DNA of 64,000 bases from an uncultured Nitrosopumilales archaeon (GTDB lineage Archaea > Thermoproteota > Nitrososphaeria > Nitrososphaerales > UBA213). Both the position numbers and the translations under genes were made by a program. Position 1 is the stretch's first letter. The number at the start of each line of letters is the position of its first letter. Below are positions 53,965-61,630 of the stretch, piece after piece. Location: contig CAYJSN010000008.1 of assembly GCA_964373125.1 (NCBI GenBank), positions 4,244 through 68,243 on the forward strand, written 5' to 3'. The notes below the pieces were generated by a model. The model had not been told where the DNA came from. It was given only the letters and a program-made list of their open reading frames with translations, and made no database searches.

Positions 53965-54990
53965 TTATTCTGCCACCAGCAGTATTATCGTCCTTATAGA
54001 CATTGATAACGGTATGGGGTCCTCGAGGCTCTTCCAGACGAATACCTCCGCGAAGTAGATCCCGTTCTCCTCCGGGACCCAAGATATCTTGAACGGCATC
54101 GACATGTTCGGGGTAAGGACGCCGTCCACCCAGTTGATCGTCACAGGCAGGCCGTCAGCGTCCTTTACCTGCACGATGTAGGTGAACTCCTGCTCGATCG
54201 GGAGTTCGTTCCTAAGGTCAGACCTGATCCAGATGCGCTCGTCCGGAGCAAACTTGCCGGTGCCGGCACCATGCTCGTCGGCAGCGGAGAGCCCCCAGAC
54301 GCTCACCTTCGCGCCTGCCTCCGAGGATTTGATGTTCCTGATCTCAAACGGCGACAGCGAGTACTGGTCAGACTCTGCAAAGAGCGTGTAGCTCATTATG
54401 GAGGGAGTCCTTTCATTCATGCTTACCGTGAAGCTAGACTTGCCGCCCGGCTTGATGACGGCGACATCGGCCGGGGCAGAGTCGTATCCGATGACCTTGC
54501 CGCTGCTATCGTAGAAGGTGGCATACACCTTCGTCGAAGTGGCCACGTCCTTTCCGGTGTTCTCGAGCTCGCCCCAGATACTTGCTCCAATCAGGCCGTC
54601 GGAGAGTCCCTCTGAAGAAGTCACATGCAGCGCGGCTGGCTTGGCCTTTGCCTCTGCAAAGTTCACGATCTGCAGCTCGTAGCTCTGGATCCGCGAAGCG
54701 TAGCCCGAGCCGCCGACAAGCATGAAGGGCGCCCTCTGGCCGGGTGGGATGATCTCAGGCGCGGTGCTGGCCATGCCAGAATCGATGACCTTGCCGCTGC
54801 CGTCGATGAAACTGACCTTCACCTCGACCGACCTGACCGGCGAGGAACCGTGGTTTACCACCTCGCCTGCAACGACCGGCGAGCCGCTCGAGTTTATATA
54901 ACTCGCGTAGTTGTCGACCTCGACGTTTATCCCGTAGGCTGGTATGAGTATGAGCGTTCCCAGCAGTAGCGCGGGTGCTATCCTTCTCAC
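53965..54990 (-). CDS. Secreted protein with two FxLYD-like modules and a C-terminal beta domain
   Basis: 341 aa, signal peptide MRRIAPALLLGTLILIPAYG. Repeated GE(V/L)xNxG...V...F(I/Y)D(G/S)SGKVI modules. Confidence 0.6.
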   Translation of the reverse strand: MRRIAPALLLGTLILIPAYGINVEVDNYASYINSSGSPVVAGEVVNHGSSPVRSVEVKVSFIDGSGKVIDSGMASTAPEIIPPGQRAPFMLVGGSGYASRIQSYELQIVNFAEAKAKPAALHVTSSEGLSDGLIGASIWGELENTGKDVATSTKVYATFYDSSGKVIGYDSAPADVAVIKPGGKSSFTVSMNERTPSIMSYTLFAESDQYSLSPFEIRNIKSSEAGAKVSVWGLSAADEHGAGTGKFAPDERIWIRSDLRNELPIEQEFTYIVQVKDADGLPVTINWVDGVLTPNMSMPFKISWVPEENGIYFAEVFVWKSLEDPIPLSMSIRTIILLVAE

Positions 54991-55103
54991 ATATTCGTGA
55001 CGAAGGAATTTGATTAAATATTGGTGAATTAACTTTTGTTAGTTACCTGCTAGAAGCGAATTAACCATCTCAAGAACCGTCTCGCTGTCCGGCAGACCGG
55101 TAT

Positions 55104-55436
55104 CTACAGATCGCTGAACTCCTCGCTCTCGAGCGTCTTTACCCTCGCCTTGGAGCCTGCCTCGTTTAGTTTCGTCCTTAACCAGTCCTCAAATTTCTCG
55201 TAAAAGGTCCAGCCCATGGCATGCATGAAGCTCTCGTACACATCGGCCATCTTTGCTATGAAGGTGACATCCATGGTTACGGTGAAGAAGGTCCAGCCCA
55301 TGTACCTAGAGGGCTCGCCTACCTCCAGGCCGCTCTTGTCGTGCACGCCCCACTCTGCGCGTGCAATTATCTCCACGATCTTCCTCCTGTCGGATTCGTA
55401 ATCGAGGGTGATTATTTCGAAGACCTGGCGCTCCAA
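55104..55436 (-). CDS. Hypothetical protein with duplicated MGWTF motif
   Basis: 110-aa ORF. No recognised domain. Contains a perfect 15-nt internal direct repeat. Confidence 0.5.
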   Translation of the reverse strand: MERQVFEIITLDYESDRRKIVEIIARAEWGVHDKSGLEVGEPSRYMGWTFFTVTMDVTFIAKMADVYESFMHAMGWTFYEKFEDWLRTKLNEAGSKARVKTLESEEFSDL

Positions 55437-55546
55437 CGTGCATGGACGGCCGGTGATCTTACTTAAAGCTTGAACCGAAGCGCCGGCGCCAAAATCCCGG
55501 TGCAGCTATGCTTTTATTGATTGAAAAGAGATACCCCTAGTTCGAG

Positions 55547-56053
55547 TTGGTCACAAAGAAGGGGATCGCGCTCACCGCGGCCATAATTGGAGGGTTCACC
55601 GCCGCCAGTTTTCTGGTATACTTTGTGCCAACATCGCCCGCGAACGAAGTCATGGTCACCTACACCGACCCGGCCACAGAACTAGCCTTTGCCAGGGAGC
55701 GCGGCGAAGCAATACTGAACGAGTTCGACCTGACGTTCGAAATGTGGAAGAGCAACGAACTGGAGCGCGGCGAATTTGACGAGCGCGCAGGCCCGGCGCT
55801 GGAACAGATAGACTCGCTCATCCAAGAGCTGCACAAGAGCAAGCCGCCCGAGGCGTGGGTTCAGAGCTACTTCCTCTACATCCAGGCGCTGGAAAGCTAC
55901 AGGTCCTACTTCGAGCAGGCCGGCGAGTATGTTGCGTATGCGTCCCAGGCTGATGCTGATCCCGAACGAGTCGAAGAGCTGCGGGACTCGATCTCGGAAT
56001 CACTGGCCAAAGCCGATGACCTGCTCAGACAGTCAGAGGACGCGGTGCCCTAG
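55547..56053 (+). CDS. N-terminally anchored helical protein (paralog of 31434-31934)
   Basis: 168 aa, TTG start. TM IALTAAIIGGFTAASFLVYF. Ectodomain alignable to the 31434 protein (W...GEFDE / W...SDEFIE; GEYV / REYV). Confidence 0.5.
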   Translation: MVTKKGIALTAAIIGGFTAASFLVYFVPTSPANEVMVTYTDPATELAFARERGEAILNEFDLTFEMWKSNELERGEFDERAGPALEQIDSLIQELHKSKPPEAWVQSYFLYIQALESYRSYFEQAGEYVAYASQADADPERVEELRDSISESLAKADDLLRQSEDAVP

Positions 56054-56105
56054 GAATATTATAAAAAAAATAAAAAGATGGTGGGGGAAGCAGGCTGCGG
56101 CGGGT

Positions 56106-56131
56106 GGACGCGCCCTGTCATTGGTGCGTCC
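56106..56131 (+). terminator. Hairpin followed by T-run between convergent genes
   Basis: ggacgcgcc-ctgtcatt-ggtgcgtcc (9 bp including one G-U), then tttatt. 52 nt after the stop of 55547-56053. Confidence 0.35.
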
Positions 56132-56132
56132 T

Positions 56133-56756
56133 TTATTCGTAGCCGTCTATTGGAATCTTCATCCCGAACTTCCTGATCGTCTCGTCCTTCAGTCTGGCGA
56201 AATGCTCCACCACGCTCCAGTTTCCCTCAATTACCGCTGCAACGCCCGGGGGAACAAACTTCCTCCAGTCCTCCGGTGCCCTGCCCAGCACTTCTTTGTA
56301 CATCAGCTCCCTCACATAGGTAGCGGAGACGGCCTTCCTCTGCCCGCGCTCCGGGTTCAGGCCGAACTTCTTCAGGAGGAGGTACTCGCTGTAGTTGCCC
56401 GTGTAGGACTTCCTCGGCTCCGGCACCTGCGCTATGATCCTGTCCCTCAGCTCGCGCGCCTTTTCGCTGAATCCTACCGGGATGCCCGCGATGGTCCTGC
56501 CCTCGTAATCCTTGTAGGGCTGGCTGAACGTGTACGTGTCGAGGATGTGGATTCGGTCCCCAAAGACCGAGCGCAGCATCTCCCTCCTGGCCTCGAAGCT
56601 GAAGGGAAGGCTTCTGGTGTTGACTTCAACCCCGTCCTTCCTCCTGAAGATCACGGGGAAGACATAGACACCGCCCTCCAGCATCTTCTCCCTGATTATT
56701 TCCTCGTGGGACCTGGTTACCGGGTTTACGTGCGCAAGCCACATTATCGATACCAT
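56133..56756 (-). CDS. Small HxxH-type nucleotidyltransferase resembling the catalytic core of ATP sulfurylase
   Basis: 207 aa. WLAHVNPVTRSHEE vs Sat GFQTRNIPHMAHEA. VFPVIFRRKDG vs FINPLIGRKKAG. VSATYVRELM vs LSGTKLRQMV. Confidence 0.6.
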   Translation of the reverse strand: MVSIMWLAHVNPVTRSHEEIIREKMLEGGVYVFPVIFRRKDGVEVNTRSLPFSFEARREMLRSVFGDRIHILDTYTFSQPYKDYEGRTIAGIPVGFSEKARELRDRIIAQVPEPRKSYTGNYSEYLLLKKFGLNPERGQRKAVSATYVRELMYKEVLGRAPEDWRKFVPPGVAAVIEGNWSVVEHFARLKDETIRKFGMKIPIDGYE

Positions 56757-56941
56757 GGGGCAGCTCTAGGTCATTCAAATTAATTTAAACCATTTGGGAT
56801 CGGATCCTATGCGACAGCGAAAGAATCTGGAATGAATTTGGACAAACCGATAAATATCCAGCAAGCAAAAGTTGCTTAACTGGCCATGATACTTGCTTTT
56901 GGATCATACAGATTTATATCGACAGAACTCATAGGCGGAGA

Positions 56942-58579
56942 GTGCAAGTGAACGACCGGACTCGCCGCTTCATTGCAGGCCTCGCTGCAGGAAGCATAGC
57001 TCTGGCAATCTCATTATTTCTTCGAACCTTCGCCGGCGGATTGTTCATTCCTGAAATTGCCGCTCAAACGGTCTTCTCCCTGACGCCGGGCGCAGTCGAG
57101 TCTCAAGCGGTGGCCACGCTGGGGTCTCTGGCCAAATACTCCGCATACATTGGTGCGGTCGTGGTTAACCTTCTTATCTATGGAGTTCTCGGCGTCCTCC
57201 TGCATGGAGCGCATAGAAGACTGGCTGGGAAGGGGTACCTTGTTAATGTCTTGCAACTTTCACTCATATCTTATTCGATCCTGTTTGTAGCGGGCCTGAT
57301 CCTGCTGGAGCTCACAGAGGTTCTAACACAGCCGGTTCCAATTCAGCTTGCGGCCATATACCTTCTTCCACCTCACATAGCCTTCGGCTCCGTTCTATGC
57401 TATGTTTTCCGTCGCCAAGTCCCTCCACCGGAGCTCACGCATCAAAATAATCCTCTTCCGGAGCAAAGGACTGACTCCGATAGAAGACGGTTCCTCCGCG
57501 TAGCAGTGGCGGGTGTGATCGCATCGGCGTTCCTGTTTTCCGGATTCGATCTTTTCTTACCCAGGTCCGCACAGCCAGAGCGAAGAGTTTTACAGCCAGC
57601 GCAACCACCAAAATCTGCTTCAACTTCTGAAGACGTGTTTGCTGGCCCGAGGCTTGCCGAGTTTACTGCATCGGAAGTGACGCCCAGCGATCGATTCTAC
57701 ACCGTGGATGTGAACGTCATGACCCCCGTGGTCAACGTGAATGCCTGGAAGCTCAGGGTAAAGGGACTGGTAAACAATACTTTGGAACTAACATACGAGG
57801 AGGTAAGGTCGCTGCCGGCGGTCGAAGAGTATGCCACGCTGGAATGCATCAGCAACAAGGTAGGCGAGGACCTCATCAGCAGCGCACTTTGGAAGGGTGT
57901 TCTTCTGAAAGAGATACTAGAGAAGGCTCAGGTCAAGCCCGAGGCAAAGTACATCGTCTTCAGATGTCATGACGGCTACGATGTGGGAATACCCCTGGAG
58001 CGGGGCCTTGAAGGAACCATACTGGCTTACGAAATGAACGGCGCCGCTCTCCCTCTGGGGCACGGCTTTCCATTAAGAGCGATCGTCCCCGGGCTCTACG
58101 GGATGATGAATGCCAAGTGGATAACCGAGATCGAACTTGCTGACAGCGTCTATGAAGGTTTCTGGCAGAGGGAGGGTTGGAGCAACAACGCCGAGTATCA
58201 GATACATTCTACGGTCGTCCTTCCGGGCGGAGCGCTCAGATCAAGATTCGGTGCCTCTGCGCCGTCGAGGGTCGTCCTCGGCGATAAGGTGCCGGTAGCC
58301 GGCATAGCATTCGCAGGGGACAGGGACGTATCGAAAGTCGAGGTCAGCACGGATGGAGGGAAGAGCTGGGAAGAGGCCATGATCAAAGAGCCGCTTTCGA
58401 AGAATGCGTGGGTTCTGTGGGCTACCGAATGGAACCCGCCAGCGGAAGGCAGGTACAGAATCATGGTCAGAGCAACCGACGGGACGGGAAGAGTCCAGGC
58501 AGCAGAACAGCGACAGGCATTTCCGAGCGGCTCGACTGGCTATCACGCAGTCGAGGTAACTGTGGAAGCACCGGCTTAA
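56942..58579 (+). CDS. Polytopic sulfite-oxidase-family molybdopterin oxidoreductase
   Basis: 545 aa, GTG start. About 4 TM segments, internal SDRRRFLRVAVAGVIASAF, Mo-ligand context YATLECISN, GFPLRAIVPGLYGMMNAKW, C-terminal Ig-like dimerisation domain. Confidence 0.85.
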   Translation: MQVNDRTRRFIAGLAAGSIALAISLFLRTFAGGLFIPEIAAQTVFSLTPGAVESQAVATLGSLAKYSAYIGAVVVNLLIYGVLGVLLHGAHRRLAGKGYLVNVLQLSLISYSILFVAGLILLELTEVLTQPVPIQLAAIYLLPPHIAFGSVLCYVFRRQVPPPELTHQNNPLPEQRTDSDRRRFLRVAVAGVIASAFLFSGFDLFLPRSAQPERRVLQPAQPPKSASTSEDVFAGPRLAEFTASEVTPSDRFYTVDVNVMTPVVNVNAWKLRVKGLVNNTLELTYEEVRSLPAVEEYATLECISNKVGEDLISSALWKGVLLKEILEKAQVKPEAKYIVFRCHDGYDVGIPLERGLEGTILAYEMNGAALPLGHGFPLRAIVPGLYGMMNAKWITEIELADSVYEGFWQREGWSNNAEYQIHSTVVLPGGALRSRFGASAPSRVVLGDKVPVAGIAFAGDRDVSKVEVSTDGGKSWEEAMIKEPLSKNAWVLWATEWNPPAEGRYRIMVRATDGTGRVQAAEQRQAFPSGSTGYHAVEVTVEAPA

Positions 58580-58586
58580 CATGGGA

Positions 58587-58802
58587 CTACCTTGCTATCC
58601 TGCGCTTGATCGAGATGATTATTCCAGCCGCTAGCAAAGCACCGCCCGCGGCAGCGATTACCGTGCCGTTAACCAGCCACTCCGGGTTTCTGTACATGAA
58701 CGAGCTCTCGGGCCCGACAAGAGACTGGCTTTGTGCCGTGAAGATTATGCCGAATACCACGATTATGGAACCGGCCGCGATCAGCGCCTTTGCCAGCATC
58801 AT
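58587..58802 (-). CDS. Small 2-TM membrane protein
   Basis: 71 aa. Two hydrophobic helices and a KRRIAR tail. Stop lies 7 nt from the oxidoreductase stop (convergent). Confidence 0.5.
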   Translation of the reverse strand: MMLAKALIAAGSIIVVFGIIFTAQSQSLVGPESSFMYRNPEWLVNGTVIAAAGGALLAAGIIISIKRRIAR

Positions 58803-58874
58803 GCATCATAAATACACTGTTACAGATATAATCTGTTTGACCTGATGGATGGCTGATAATTCTTAAAAGACTGC

Positions 58875-58886
58875 ACAGTGCACTGT
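58875..58886. promoter_or_regulatory. 12-nt perfect palindrome abutting a start codon
   Basis: acagtgcactgt ends 5 nt before the ATG at 58892. Confidence 0.35.
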
Positions 58887-58891
58887 AGCAT

Positions 58892-59140
58892 ATGATACCA
58901 AAAGATGACGTGAACCAGATAATACAGATGCTCGCGCAGGGTCTGGCCGGTATCAAGGTGCAGGCCGATCAGAAGGATTACGTGCTTCTGGACCTCAGCC
59001 ATGACATACAGGCAGAGGGCAGCAGCGAAAAATACTACACGGTGGGGCCGCTGATAATAAGCAGCAACGCCGAGCAGGCAGTAAAGCTCAGGCAGCAGCT
59101 CAGAGAGATCATCAACAAAGAGCTCGGCCTGCAGAAGTGA
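58892..59140 (+). CDS. Hypothetical small protein
   Basis: 82-aa ORF. No recognised domain. Confidence 0.45.
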   Translation: MIPKDDVNQIIQMLAQGLAGIKVQADQKDYVLLDLSHDIQAEGSSEKYYTVGPLIISSNAEQAVKLRQQLREIINKELGLQK

Positions 59141-59186
59141 TCGCGAACATAAAGATAGCACAGCCCGGTAGATGGTTTGCCCCGAG

Positions 59187-60077
59187 CTACCGCACGGCGT
59201 TGATGAAGAGCTCCAGCGCATCGGTATCAAGCGGGTCCTGAAACGCCAGCAGGAGCTGCTCCACGCCGGCGCCCGCATACTCCTTTATGCGTTCGGCCAC
59301 GCGCTCCGGCGTTCCCACCAAGCTGTGCTGCCGTACCTGGTGAAGTATGTTGGGCCCGCGCTCCATTACGAACAGTTGTTCTTTATGCCTCAGCTCCTCC
59401 TCGGAAGATGCTATTATGACATCGGCCTCGATCGACCTTCTCACGGTCCTTCCCTGCTCCCTTGCCAAGGCATCGAACTCTGCGTTCAGCTCGGCGAAGC
59501 GCTCGGGTGGGAGGTACGATGCCTCCCATACCTCCGCGTGCTTGGCGGCGATCTGCATCATCCGCCTCCGCTTGGCTGCCACCGTTATGGGGATCGGGTT
59601 GCTGGGTTTCTGCATTGTTGCGCCGTTGACCGTGAAGTATTTCCCATTGAGGTGGGCCGCGCCCTTCTCCCAGAGCATCCGCAGGATCTGGAGCCCCTCC
59701 TCCAGCATCGAGACCCGCTCACTGCCATCGGGATAGTCTATCCCGTAGGGATACCACCACTGCGCCGCGTACTGCAGCGTGGCGCCCGCCCCGGTCCTGA
59801 ACTCGAACCTGGCCTTCGAGACCTCCTGCATGGTCGCAGCAGCCTTTGCCAGCAGGGCTATGCCCCTGTAACGGGGCAGCAGGTAGGTTATGACGGGACC
59901 CAGCTTTATGCTGCCGGTCTCCGCAGCCAGGCCCGCAAGCACGGTCCAGCAGTCTAGGTCGAGCTCTGCCAAGGACTCGCCGTAGTAGAACGCGTCGTAG
60001 CCCAGTTCCTCTGCACGCAAGCATGTGTTCTTGATCTTGGTGTAATCTGTTCCCCAGACCTCCAGGCAGAACCGCAC
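59187..60077 (-). CDS. Luciferase-like (LLM-class) flavin/F420-dependent oxidoreductase
   Basis: 296 aa. TIM-barrel LLM pattern (AEELGYDAFYYGESL, LGPVITYLLPRY, GTPERVAERIKEY). Confidence 0.8.
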   Translation of the reverse strand: MRFCLEVWGTDYTKIKNTCLRAEELGYDAFYYGESLAELDLDCWTVLAGLAAETGSIKLGPVITYLLPRYRGIALLAKAAATMQEVSKARFEFRTGAGATLQYAAQWWYPYGIDYPDGSERVSMLEEGLQILRMLWEKGAAHLNGKYFTVNGATMQKPSNPIPITVAAKRRRMMQIAAKHAEVWEASYLPPERFAELNAEFDALAREQGRTVRRSIEADVIIASSEEELRHKEQLFVMERGPNILHQVRQHSLVGTPERVAERIKEYAGAGVEQLLLAFQDPLDTDALELFINAVR

Positions 60078-60188
60078 GGTGCTATCTGCATTGCGTGGCT
60101 AATAACCGTTCGATTACAAACCAGTGGTTGACAAAGATGCCGTTGCTGAAGGAAAAACGATTTAAGCTCTGCCCGGGAAGGCTGTGGC

Positions 60189-60569
60189 ATGCCGGACCTT
60201 GAGGAGCTGACCGCGCTTCTTAGCGAGAAGGCAGAGACCAACAGGGTGCTGCTGGTGGCTAGGAACGACATCAATCTAAACTCGAAGGCCCAGAACACGA
60301 TCTACGTCCTTGAGGTTGAGGAGGGCGGCCGCGCCGCGGGCGGACGAGGCGCGGGGTTCGGCCAGAGGAGATTCGGAAAGATCTACGGGTTCGAGTATAA
60401 GGATGGAACCTGCAGGAAGGTCATTGAGACAACAGAGAATGTCGGCGACCTTGATTCAGGATACGTCGTTAGGCTGCCCGTAACCCTTCCCGACGGGAGG
60501 GAGATCATGGCATCGTGCTCGATCAACCCCCAGCTCGTGCAGGAATACGACCAGAGGTTCAGACGATGA
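60189..60569 (+). CDS. Hypothetical protein with Gly/Arg-rich loop
   Basis: 126-aa ORF. GGRAAGGRGAGFGQRRFG segment. No recognised domain. Confidence 0.5.
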   Translation: MPDLEELTALLSEKAETNRVLLVARNDINLNSKAQNTIYVLEVEEGGRAAGGRGAGFGQRRFGKIYGFEYKDGTCRKVIETTENVGDLDSGYVVRLPVTLPDGREIMASCSINPQLVQEYDQRFRR

Positions 60570-60645
60570 CCGCAGGGTAGGGGCCGCGGATTGCCCCGCT
60601 TGTTATCTAATTTTAATTAAGGACAGCGTCGTATATGCATGCATA

Positions 60646-60804
60646 ATGAACGAGGCCGCCGACAGCGAAATCCAGCAGGAGGTGGAGGGCCTGCTGCGGG
60701 CCGACAGGGTGCTTGACGAGCTCTCGAACATGCGGGTCACATTCAGAAGGACCAAGAGCCGCGAAGAGCTCGAATACGAGCAGGGAGACATCGGCGGAGG
60801 ATGA
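60646..60804 (+). CDS. Possible 52-aa acidic micro-protein
   Basis: MNEAADSEIQQEVEGLLRADRVLDELSNMRVTFRRTKSREELEYEQGDIGGG. GC3-rich frame. The listed minus-strand ORF 60603-60791 is Ser-rich antisense-looking. Confidence 0.3.
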   Translation: MNEAADSEIQQEVEGLLRADRVLDELSNMRVTFRRTKSREELEYEQGDIGGG

Positions 60805-60818
60805 AGTTGGGATAAAGG

Positions 60819-61388
60819 TCAGCGCCGCATGTGGTTGCGTATCACGTGGGTTCGCAATTCCTCGTCGCTTCTGAACTCTATGTTGCAGGTGGAGCATACG
60901 TATGCGATCGGGCCTGCCGGCACTTCCGGCCCGGCCTCTTTCTTCGCGATCTCTTCCTTCGAGGGAGCCGGTTTCTCAAACGCCGGTGCTGCACTGACGC
61001 TCCTTATCGCCAGCGCCCCGCCTATCACGCCCAGCACCACGCCCGGCAGTATCGCTATGTTCAGGAATCCCGCGCCGGCCATGCTCATCAGCGCCAAGAT
61101 TATGATCATGATGCCCCAGCGCCTCGATTCATCGGGCCGCCTGTGCAGCAGGAACGACAGGATGAGGATGGCCGCGCCGGTGCTGAGGCCGGCCACAGCA
61201 TTCCTGATCTGGAACGTCCTGAACCCGGCCTCGCCCATCTCTGCCCTGAGCTGATCCAGTGTCTCGTCGGTCTCGGGCAGGCCGACGAAGATTCCCGCCA
61301 TGAATAGCGTACCCTGCCCCAACAGGATCAGTCCCGATATTGTGGAAAGGACCAGCCCGGGCGAACGCTTCCTTATCACGAATCCCAC
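60819..61388 (-). CDS. Membrane protein with C-terminal C2H2 zinc finger
   Basis: 189 aa. About 4 TM segments, Pro/Ala/Lys linker, then YVCSTCNIEFRSDEELRTHVIRNH (C-x2-C-x12-H-x4-H). Confidence 0.6.
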   Translation of the reverse strand: MGFVIRKRSPGLVLSTISGLILLGQGTLFMAGIFVGLPETDETLDQLRAEMGEAGFRTFQIRNAVAGLSTGAAILILSFLLHRRPDESRRWGIMIIILALMSMAGAGFLNIAILPGVVLGVIGGALAIRSVSAAPAFEKPAPSKEEIAKKEAGPEVPAGPIAYVCSTCNIEFRSDEELRTHVIRNHMRR

Positions 61389-61630
61389 CAGCGCATTACG
61401 ATATCCTTGCTCAATATAATCGTCTTTCGACGGCTGCCCGCATTCGCAAGATAATGACGCGTGTCGAAATTTTCTCAGAGATGAAAAGCATAATTACATT
61501 TGTTTTCAAACTGTAAATTCATTACGTGCAGCCGTGCGAACGAACCACCGCATTGGTAAAAGTTTTCTATGCTCTGGCGTCAGTTATTTTCTCTCGCACG
61601 TATAAGTACGGCCGCCCCGATTTCTGCAAC

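Noticed and set aside
58840-58860. ctgatggatggctgataa (TGATG... CTGA) as a C/D box sRNA
   Set aside because: The boxes are only 5 nt apart, there is no second box pair, and the sequence lies in a promoter region.
59172-59957. 261-aa plus-strand ORF
   Set aside because: Antisense to the LLM oxidoreductase gene. Low-complexity translation.
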